Assembly (NCBI GenBank): GCA_902533295.1
Contig: CACALG010000001.1
Location: 19,048 to 83,047 of the forward strand
Length of the DNA stretch: 64,000 bases
Origin: an uncultured marine group III euryarchaeote
Lineage (GTDB): Archaea; Thermoplasmatota; Poseidoniia; MGIII; CG-Epi1
Direction of reading: 5' to 3'
The notes below the pieces were generated by a model. That model was not told the DNA's origin. It saw only the letters and a program-made list of their open reading frames with translations, and ran no database searches. Both the position numbers and the translations under genes were made by a program. The first letter of the stretch is position 1. Each line of letters begins with the position of its first letter. Below, in pieces: positions 10,990-19,900 of this stretch.

Positions 10990-13900
10990 TTAAACCTTAA
11001 CTTGAAATTGTTGCCCAGGCTGTAATCCAGCAGGTATTGCAACAGTTACAACACGACCATCTGGTGCCTTAATTTGAATCTGCTGTCCTGGTTGTGCTCC
11101 AGCAGGTACTGCTACATTCAGAACGGTTCCTCCAGGAGCTGGTGCAGGCGGAGCTGCAGGTTCAGGGGCAGGTGGTTGTTCTGGAACTGGTGCAGGAGGT
11201 GCTGCTGCAGGTTCAGGGACTGGTGGTTGTTCTGGAACTGGTGCAGGAGGTGCTGCTGCAGGTTCAGGGACTGGTGGTTGTTCTGGAATTGGTGCAGGAG
11301 GTGCTGCTGGTGGTTGCTCAGTTATTGGAGGTGCAGCAGGCGGTTGTTCTGGTAATTCACCACCGAAAGCATCCAGTGAATCTCCAGAAGACTTAGATCT
11401 AGAATAGAAAAAGTATCCAGCTCCAGCTCCAACTAATACTACAGCTCCTGCCCCGGCTAAAACGATTGGATTAAATGATTCTGATGATCCTCCCCCTGTA
11501 ACTTCACTTTCTTTGAGTGTTCCTGAAACAGCTATTTTTACGATTTCAGAATCATCATTTAGAGCATCCTGTGGGCCCAATGCAGGTATTACACTATCTC
11601 TGTTAATTCTAACTTTTAGAGTTAGTTCACCATCATAAGGATCTGGTAATATATGTATTATTTGAACTTCAAGTGAACCAAAACCATCTATTGTAAAGTT
11701 TCCATCATTACCAGGATAAGTATCATCGTCCAAAGTGACTACAGAACCAAATTCTAACAATTCAAGAGTTCCACTAGCTGAAGCTCCCCCTTCGTTTGCC
11801 AAAAATATTTTTAGAGTAACCTCATCTCCTTCGCCAGCATTCATAGGAATTGCCATGAGACTTGTGATTGCGAGACTTGGTGGAGTGGAAATTTCCACTC
11901 TATTATTTGTATCAGAGAAAATAAGTTCCTCTGAATCCCAAAATTGCTCTCCACTATTTTTAGCATTGATATCTCTGATTGATAACTCAAATGTCCAGAA
12001 GCCTGTAAAATCAGAATTTCCACCAGATAGGAAAGAAACTGAAGGATAATTCTCATTAAAAGTGATTATTGTCTCTTCATTAGCAGGTAATTCTATGGAA
12101 CCATAACTGTCAACAATACCTGCAAAATTAACTTGGAGGTCTTTTCCAGATTTTGTAAGGCTAATTTCAGCATTTGCAGTTACATCAAAAGAACCTTCAT
12201 TCATTACATGGATTTTTGCATAAGCAATTGAACCATCACTAAATGAGACAAGTTCATTGCCATTCTCATCCTCCCAAACAATCTGAGTAACTATCAAATT
12301 AGGCAATTTTTTAATATCAATATCAACTTCTTCATCAAACAGTACACCTTCTTCAGAATCTTCTAACATTATATACAATTTTTCTACATTAGCAGTAGGT
12401 GTGATCTCTCCTTGGAAAGTTTTTGTCTCATCTACATCAACTTTTGTTTGAGGCTCAATAGTTATGATATTGTCTTCATCATCACTATCATCCCAATACA
12501 AAGTAGTTGTAATCTCTCCATATTTTTCACCATCATTCTCAATTTCTAAACTCCATGTATTCGCTATTCCTTCAACAAGCATATCTCCAAATTCAATATT
12601 GTAAGTAATATCGGGAGATGCAGATGAAACCAATATTGATTGTGAAACACTATCTTCGGCACCCTGACTACTGTCTTCTGGTAAAGAATCTACAATTTCT
12701 GCAGTTATTGTGTGTTCTCCCTCAGGTATATCTCTCCAGGTTGTAGTCACTGTTTTAGATTCCCCTCCTGTTACTCCATCTATATTAGCTGTAGCAATCA
12801 AATCCCCTCCATTTCTGAATTCTACGGTTACTCTTGCATCACCTTCCCCGTCATTTGATATGACTGCTGAAATAATTACATCATTACCTTCCACTAATTC
12901 TCCGGAAAATGATAGATCATCTATTGATAAATCTGCATCAGTAGTCAAGATATTTAGATCAGTAAGTTTTACTCTTCCAGGAGTTTCAGAATTTAATTTT
13001 AGTATTGCTTCAGCTTCCAAATCATCACTATTCTCTATCACTGCATTAAGTGCACTGACTAGCCCATTTGTACTGACGTGAATCACGGCATCATATTCAA
13101 TACTCAATTCACTAAAACCTACAGTACCTTTAGATGAACTACCCACAGTCATTACAATTTCAGTCATTTCTACACCATATTCATCAACAATAGTGTCACC
13201 ATTGTCTATTGCATCTTGTAATGCTTCTTGTAGGGCATTTTTCAAAGATTTTATTCCACCGGATTCACCCCATGTTTGCGGAGAATTTTCACTGTTTAAT
13301 TCACCAGCCCATTCCCAATCATTATTATTTGTAATTTTAATGTATGGATCCTCTGGGTAATCATCACTAAGAGTGCTTCTTACATAGATATTTTTGTCCG
13401 TATCCTCGCCACCAGAAATATCTGTTTCTTCAGTAAATGCAAAGTATGTTTTATCTCCAACTACCATATCCATGCGGTGATATTTTGCAACTAGTTGCTC
13501 ATTGTCATAATCAGTAATCTCGAAGCTGTCAGACCATGAACCTCCATCATCCTGGGTAAAAGCGAAATAGTAATCATACGAGCCTCCGGAAGCATATTGA
13601 TATGAAATATATGTAAAACCAGAACCACTAGCAATACTTGGTAATGCAAGCGTAGTACTAGTATCGGTATCTATTGCAATTGTAACATCGTTCCATGTTT
13701 CTCCATTGTCATTGGATACTGCCCAAACAATATCATAATCACTTGAACCATCTCCATCATAATCTCCACTGTCTACCCAAGCTACATACAATTTTGATCC
13801 TTCAGCACTAATAACGGGAGTATATGAGTAATAAGCAGTTGTTCCTTCATTTAAATAGACTAAATCAGCCCAGGAACTTCCATCAGTACTATATGTGTAA

Positions 13901-16197
13901 TACAAAGATTCACCATATGATGAATCACTCCAAACTAAATGGAATTTTCCTTCATTATATAATATTTCAGGCATATAATTTAGGCCAGTTGTGTCTCCAC
14001 TTACCAGGATAGCATCATCCCATGAGCCACCACCATTAGTTGAACTGACTGTGTAAATATCATATGTATACGTATTTGTCCATGAAGCAACAATATTATT
14101 ATCATCATCTGATGTAATAGTTAAACCATATTTTACTCCCGTGTTTCCACTATCTATTTTTTCAGGTGATGTCCAATCTTTACCATTATTTGTTGATTTT
14201 GTGTAGTAAATTGAGGATACACCAGTATATCCGTTATAATCTGTCCACGCCACATGTACATCATCTCCAGATGCAGTGATATCGGCTCTATATTGTAATG
14301 TTGTTGAAGAATAATCTAAATCTGTAGCATGATCATCATCAAAATTAGAGAGAACACTAAGTTCTTCCCATGATTCTCCACCATCATCCGATCTTGTGAA
14401 ATATACATCACCATCTCTTGTAGACTGATCACAACCGTTTGTGTCATCTTCCTGATCTAAATCACCATTATCAAGATAAACAAGATACAAATAATCATTA
14501 GAGTAAGCGATACTTGGACTACCAGAGTCTGCCTCATAATAATGTTCGGAAATATCCTCTATATCAGACCATGTAGAACCATCATTACTACTAACAGAAT
14601 AAACTATATCTTGGTCGTTTGAAGCACCACTTCCATCATATTCATCTGACCAAACTACAAGAACTTCATCAGAATTTGCAGTGATAGTGGGTGATGCTCT
14701 AAACTCATTCACATCGCCATTACTAATTCCGTCAACATTAACTGGTGAATTCCATGAACTTCCTGAATTCGCACTCCGTACAGACATTATTTTACGTGGA
14801 GAATTAATATCGTCGATATCCATCCATGTCATATAGAAATTATTGCTCCCATCATTGTCAGATCCTAAAAATGAAAAACTGGATCCATCTGCTGCTTGAA
14901 TCACATTTTCAGAACCAAAACTTGTGCCAGAATTAGATGATGTTTTAGATTTTATTGCATAACCATCTCCTGTAAGTTCAAGCCATCCAATAATAACATT
15001 AGATCCTTGTGCAGAAATTGTTGTTTCAGTGACAGTCTCATCTGAACTTATAGTGCCTGGCGAGCCAAAAGTTTCGCCTCCATCTGTAGAACGTGCATAT
15101 TCTGCTGCATAGTAAGATTGAGATTCATAGTATTGTTCCCAGCTGATGTGTACATTGTTTCCGCTAAGGGCTATTTGAGCACCAATACTACTTGAACTAT
15201 CTGCATCTGAAATTAATATTTCATCGTCCCAAGATTGCCCTAAATCATCTGATTTTTGATAATAGATGTGGTATTCATCATTACTACTCTCTTTGAGAGC
15301 AGACCAAACAATATGAATGGTCCCATCACTACTTACAGCTCCATCGTAATCATAGATAATGTAATGCGAACTACCTGGTTCTATTTGCTGTCCAGTAGAC
15401 CATGTTTCTCCCTCATCATCACTATAGGAAGCTTCAATGACTTCACCACCTGTGTCTGATATCCAGGCAATAACGGCATGATCATCATTTGCATGAATGA
15501 GAACATCGCTAAGAATAGCGCTTGTTTCAGCTCCATTTGTAGCAATAAGTACTATATCATCCCAATTACCATCATAATATCTAAACTTAACAGAATCAAT
15601 AGTTGTATCTCTATCGGTCAAGTCTCCATCATCAATCCATGCTACATAGTAATCATCATCTAGCATAGATACTACTGGTGCACTCGAAGTAGAACCGCCA
15701 TTTGTGCCTATTGAGGCTTTATTATAGTCATTTAATTCACCAGATCCATAAGGTAAACCAGTTATTTTGATAGAGGCCTCATTGATTGTAGTATTCGTAG
15801 GAAGATATAGTGATACCTCTTCTTCACCACTGCCTGCAAACCTTGCGGATGCACCTTTAGCATTACTAGAAAATTTTTCCTGATAGCCTAAAGCCCCATA
15901 TCCAGTTCCATCATATTTCCATTCGTAATTTTTAACACCTAATGATAACCCTTCAGGATATGAACCATCACTATCAGGCATACCTGAAAGGCCAATATTA
16001 GCTTCTAAAACTTCTGTAGCAGGAAATTTAACAGAAACACTAGAATCCTCATTTTCACCATCTAAAGTAACTGTCTTTTCATCACTGCCATTACCTTCTT
16101 TGTAATAGGTTGTTGAGGTTTCCCCAAATACAGATGAAGTACTACTGAGCAAGAGAAGTGTCACGGCGAAAGCCACGACTTTGTTTTCAAACATCAT
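10990..16197 (-). CDS. Giant (1735 aa) secreted surface protein: signal peptide, ~12 BNR/Asp-box (S-x-D-x-G-x-T-W) repeats, single C-terminal TM anchor, Pro-rich cytoplasmic tail
   Basis: N-terminal MMFENKVVAFAVTLLLLSSTSSVFG. Asp-boxes include SDDEGETW, SDDLGQSW, STDGGETF, SANSGSSW, SNDGSTW, SDDGGESW, STNNGKDW, STNGGGSW, STDGSSW, SNDNGETW, TQDDGGSW. TM segment IVLAGAGAVVLVGAGAGYFFY, then a PEQPPAAPPAP repeat tail. Confidence 0.8.
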   Translation of the reverse strand: MMFENKVVAFAVTLLLLSSTSSVFGETSTTYYKEGNGSDEKTVTLDGENEDSSVSVKFPATEVLEANIGLSGMPDSDGSYPEGLSLGVKNYEWKYDGTGYGALGYQEKFSSNAKGASARFAGSGEEEVSLYLPTNTTINEASIKITGLPYGSGELNDYNKASIGTNGGSTSSAPVVSMLDDDYYVAWIDDGDLTDRDTTIDSVKFRYYDGNWDDIVLIATNGAETSAILSDVLIHANDDHAVIAWISDTGGEVIEASYSDDEGETWSTGQQIEPGSSHYIIYDYDGAVSSDGTIHIVWSALKESSNDEYHIYYQKSDDLGQSWDDEILISDADSSSSIGAQIALSGNNVHISWEQYYESQSYYAAEYARSTDGGETFGSPGTISSDETVTETTISAQGSNVIIGWLELTGDGYAIKSKTSSNSGTSFGSENVIQAADGSSFSFLGSDNDGSNNFYMTWMDIDDINSPRKIMSVRSANSGSSWNSPVNVDGISNGDVNEFRASPTITANSDEVLVVWSDEYDGSGASNDQDIVYSVSSNDGSTWSDIEDISEHYYEADSGSPSIAYSNDYLYLVYLDNGDLDQEDDTNGCDQSTRDGDVYFTRSDDGGESWEELSVLSNFDDDHATDLDYSSTTLQYRADITASGDDVHVAWTDYNGYTGVSSIYYTKSTNNGKDWTSPEKIDSGNTGVKYGLTITSDDDNNIVASWTNTYTYDIYTVSSTNGGGSWDDAILVSGDTTGLNYMPEILYNEGKFHLVWSDSSYGESLYYTYSTDGSSWADLVYLNEGTTAYYSYTPVISAEGSKLYVAWVDSGDYDGDGSSDYDIVWAVSNDNGETWNDVTIAIDTDTSTTLALPSIASGSGFTYISYQYASGGSYDYYFAFTQDDGGSWSDSFEITDYDNEQLVAKYHRMDMVVGDKTYFAFTEETDISGGEDTDKNIYVRSTLSDDYPEDPYIKITNNNDWEWAGELNSENSPQTWGESGGIKSLKNALQEALQDAIDNGDTIVDEYGVEMTEIVMTVGSSSKGTVGFSELSIEYDAVIHVSTNGLVSALNAVIENSDDLEAEAILKLNSETPGRVKLTDLNILTTDADLSIDDLSFSGELVEGNDVIISAVISNDGEGDARVTVEFRNGGDLIATANIDGVTGGESKTVTTTWRDIPEGEHTITAEIVDSLPEDSSQGAEDSVSQSILVSSASPDITYNIEFGDMLVEGIANTWSLEIENDGEKYGEITTTLYWDDSDDEDNIITIEPQTKVDVDETKTFQGEITPTANVEKLYIMLEDSEEGVLFDEEVDIDIKKLPNLIVTQIVWEDENGNELVSFSDGSIAYAKIHVMNEGSFDVTANAEISLTKSGKDLQVNFAGIVDSYGSIELPANEETIITFNENYPSVSFLSGGNSDFTGFWTFELSIRDINAKNSGEQFWDSEELIFSDTNNRVEISTPPSLAITSLMAIPMNAGEGDEVTLKIFLANEGGASASGTLELLEFGSVVTLDDDTYPGNDGNFTIDGFGSLEVQIIHILPDPYDGELTLKVRINRDSVIPALGPQDALNDDSEIVKIAVSGTLKESEVTGGGSSESFNPIVLAGAGAVVLVGAGAGYFFYSRSKSSGDSLDAFGGELPEQPPAAPPITEQPPAAPPAPIPEQPPVPEPAAAPPAPVPEQPPVPEPAAAPPAPVPEQPPAPEPAAPPAPAPGGTVLNVAVPAGAQPGQQIQIKAPDGRVVTVAIPAGLQPGQQFQVKV
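11120..11335. repeat. 51-bp tandem repeat (~4 copies) encoding a 17-aa Pro/Ala-rich unit (APPAPVPEQPPVPEPAA) in the cytoplasmic tail of the BNR protein
   Basis: Unit ggtggttgttctggaactggtgcaggaggtgctgctgcaggttcagggact recurs with period 51 at 11172, 11223 and 11274, with degenerate copies upstream. Confidence 0.8.
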
Positions 16198-16248
16198 AAT
16201 CCTAATAAGAAGCTAGTACTTTAATATAGTTTCACTAATGAGAATTAG

Positions 16249-16986
16249 ATGACTGAACAATACCACATGAATTCCCATGAAGGCACATATACTAGGGAAT
16301 TTGAGGCTAAAGTAGAGGCTACATTCCCAGGCATCATCGAACTAGATAAGACTGCATTCTATCCATTGGGAGGGGGCCAACCCTCAGATATTGGAACAAT
16401 AACTTGGAATGAAGGAGATGCAAATGTTACTGATGTGAGGAAAAAAAATCGAATTAGGCACATTGTAGAAGGAGATTTACCAGAAGTTGGAGATTCCATA
16501 AAAGGTAATCTTGACTGGTCACGAAGATATTCACATATGAGAATGCATACTTCTCAACATTTAGTTTCTGCTGTAGTGAATGAAATATATGGTTCAGATA
16601 CCGTAGGAAATCAGATAGGAAATGAGAAGTCTAGAATAGATTTTAAGCCTTTAAAAATAAACCAAACTGAGCTTAATGAAGTAGAGGACAAAGTCAATGA
16701 TTACATATCTAAAGACTTGAAAGTTACTATATCTGAGGAATTACGGTCCAATTTAGAAAATAATCCAGATATCCGTTCAAGTATGTCTAGTGGTCTTTGG
16801 AAAATGTTACCGAAAAGTGTTACAGAATTAAGAGTAATAACCATAGGTGATATCGATGTTTGTCCATGCGCAGGCACTCATGTAAAAAGCTTAAAGGAAA
16901 TAGGTAATGTTTCTTTTATTAAAAGAGATAATAAGGGTTCTGAAAAATTAAGATTAACATATAATCTAGGCGATATCGACTCTTGA
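16249..16986 (+). CDS. alaX: AlaX-M type Ala-tRNA(Ala) editing protein (alanyl-tRNA synthetase editing-domain homolog)
   Basis: HxxxH (HTSQH) and CxxxH (CPCAGTH) zinc motifs of the AlaRS/ThrRS second additional domain; 245 aa. Confidence 0.75.
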   Translation: MTEQYHMNSHEGTYTREFEAKVEATFPGIIELDKTAFYPLGGGQPSDIGTITWNEGDANVTDVRKKNRIRHIVEGDLPEVGDSIKGNLDWSRRYSHMRMHTSQHLVSAVVNEIYGSDTVGNQIGNEKSRIDFKPLKINQTELNEVEDKVNDYISKDLKVTISEELRSNLENNPDIRSSMSSGLWKMLPKSVTELRVITIGDIDVCPCAGTHVKSLKEIGNVSFIKRDNKGSEKLRLTYNLGDIDS

Positions 16987-19900
16987 ATTTGTAAGGCCCT
17001 CTCTGTCCTTTTGTTCATACATCATTTTAATTTCTACAGAAGTTGCAGCATTACTTTTTTGTTGCATTTTTAGTTTAAATTGTACTTCGTTATATGAAGA
17101 TATATCACCCACAATAAACGAGTTATCTGAGAATGAATAATATACATCTGGATCTATACCTACTAATCCTAAGATGCTACTATTGAATTCTGGACTTATT
17201 TTACAACTACTAATAGTTTCAGATGAATAATTACTGAGATTTACGTTCAAAGTTATATTTGTACCGAGTTTTTCGTATGATGATGTAATAACAATTTCTT
17301 TTTCAGTGAAGTAATTGTCAACCATTTCTCTTGTAGATGCAATTGTTTCATCAATTATTGGGTTCAGATAAATTTTTACCTGCTTTACACTCTCGGCATC
17401 TCCATTCCAATTTGCTAGGGTTGGATTAATTGTTTCTATAGCTCTAACGGCATTAATCAGCTTCCCTTTGAACATATTATCTATTTCTCCATAAATTACA
17501 GCAGCAAGATAGGAATGTTCTCCTCTCTGTAGAATGATTTTATTATTACCATAGTCTATGGAACCCAGATCTCCTTCAGTTTGAAATGAGTCTTGAACAA
17601 AATCATTGATTGCTGTGAGCATCCCGCTCATGATATCTGTATCAGTTTTAACTTCAACAGCACTAACATTTCTAAGAAGCCTTCCATCTTTGTAAATTAA
17701 ATATAATTCTTCAACTTTATACTTAGCAATAGGTTTTGATTCAATAATAGATACATTTTCATCTAATTCTTCTTTCCTAGATCGGTATAGTAAAACACCA
17801 CCAAACATTAAGAAAAGAAGACTTATACCTATAGTAGCAGGTAAAATTTCTTTCATTCCAAATTGATCAGTTTCTGTACCTGAGGAACTATATAATTTGA
17901 CTACTTCTTCCATACTTACTGTTTCATTATTAGAATTGCTAATGTGACCGAATTCATCTTCTATTGTGATTCTATAAAAATAATCTCTGTCTGGACTTGG
18001 ATTCTTATGAATCCATTCATAATAACCTTGTTTACAGGAAGTTTCCATACCAACTCCTATTATTTCTTGTGTGAACCATCCACTATCTGAAGCAGGTAAT
18101 TCATCAGCTACCATTTGTACTTTACAAATAGCGGCATCTTCAGGAATAACAAAACCTAAAACCAATTCTGTAGCATTAGTATGCGATATTGCAACATTTG
18201 TAGCTTTCTGAGGGTCCTCTGTAAATACTTCAAAAGTTAAATGAACTCCTGAATAATCAATTTTTATGTTGTTATTACCTGTAATATCCTCAGTTGGTAC
18301 AAAACCTCCATTTGAAGTTCCACCAAATTGAATAGTCTTATTGATTATATCTAAATAATATTCATCTACTAACAATTTATTTTTGTTCATTCCTCTAACT
18401 AATGCTTTTTCATATATTCCATCTAAATCATTATCTACACTAACATTAAACCAATGGATATCATTAATTGCTGGAATATATTTCAAATTGAAACTTTGAT
18501 CATATTGCCCATTGGAACTGAAATATTCAGTAGTATCTAGTGGATTCTCAAGATTGCCTGCAAGATCACGACTTTCAGCATACAGGAAATATCGTGTATT
18601 ATCTTGCAAGTCCTGTAATTTAATTTTATCATCAGAGATATCATGAGGTAATAAATACCAAGTTAATAGATCATTACCTTTCTCTATAGTCTGTATTGCA
18701 ATATATATCTTATAATCTAGATTTAGATTATCTGTATCTATGAAGATTTCTAGATAATCATATCCCCATTTTTGAGGTACATTTGAGAAAGAAATGGTAT
18801 CTACTTTCGATGCATAATTCATTATTATATCATATTCTTCTTTATCCTCACTATTTCCGGCATAATCACTAGCCAGAATTTTAAATGCATAATGACCTAA
18901 TTCATCAAATTCATAAATATAGTGCGTGTCTCCATAAATATTTATTGAATCCAGAGCTGTCCAAGTAACTGAATTAGGATCTAAATTAGCATTTGTAAAA
19001 TTAGAATAGGAAACCTCTAGAGTATTATACGCAATATCATCTGCACTATTCTTCCACGATAAATCTATTTGACTATTGCCTATGAAATAATAATCCTCTT
19101 CAAAATTCAAAAGTTCGGTGGAAGGTATGGATGTATCAATCTTAACTTGATACTCGTAATTATTCTTATTCTCTGTGTTTCCATAAATATCTCTAGCTAA
19201 TGATCTAAACCGATATTCCTTACCATCTTCGCCAGTAAACAATACAATTGATTCTGTAAACGTGCCATATTCTTCCCATTGGGCAAATTTATCATTTACT
19301 ATATACTCAATAATATATTCTTTGAAATCATTATCATCATTCAAAAGAGATATTTGTAACTCAATAGATTCTGAATTAATTAATCCAGTTCCGGGAATTA
19401 TCTCTGATTGTGGTGATGTTGTATCCAATAATGCTAAAAGTGTGTGATTATAGGATAAATTTTTGTATATTTCTACCATAATGTCATTATTATAATAAAT
19501 AATTCTTATGGGATTATAATTAATTTCATTTTGATCGGCAGCTTTGCTAATTACATTTATCATATAATAATCGGAAAAACCATAGTTATCAGTTTGTGAA
19601 TCAACCAGTTTACTTCCAAAAGAATTTTCGATATCAAAACCATGCTCTCTTGAACCAGTGCCCCGCTCATCAGCTATATTAATTTGCAAATTGTAGCGGA
19701 TCAAATAATCAGTATCACGACAATTAAAATCATTGTTTTGTAAAGTAGAATCACTGTCAATTAAGTCCAAACAAAAATCTCCTTCTGAGAATATATTATT
19801 ATCTATTGATATAGTACTATTAAATGAATAAATAGCTTTTTCAAAATCGTTAAAGACATTGTTTAAAATATTTATATCTGATCTATAAGAGCTTACTGAT

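Noticed and set aside
11120-11335. Possible CRISPR array (regular short repeats)
   Set aside because: The repeats are contiguous with no spacers, are in frame and coding, and are 51 nt (a multiple of 3). This is a protein-coding tandem repeat, not CRISPR. No cas genes are present.
11074-11396. Two overlapping plus-strand ORFs (93 and 100 aa) with Trp/Cys/Arg-rich or Leu/Val/Gln-rich repeats
   Set aside because: They are antisense translations of the 51-bp Pro-rich tandem repeat inside the BNR giant gene, and their periodicity mirrors the repeat. The same applies to the other short antisense ORFs listed within 10990..22128 and 35873..38437.
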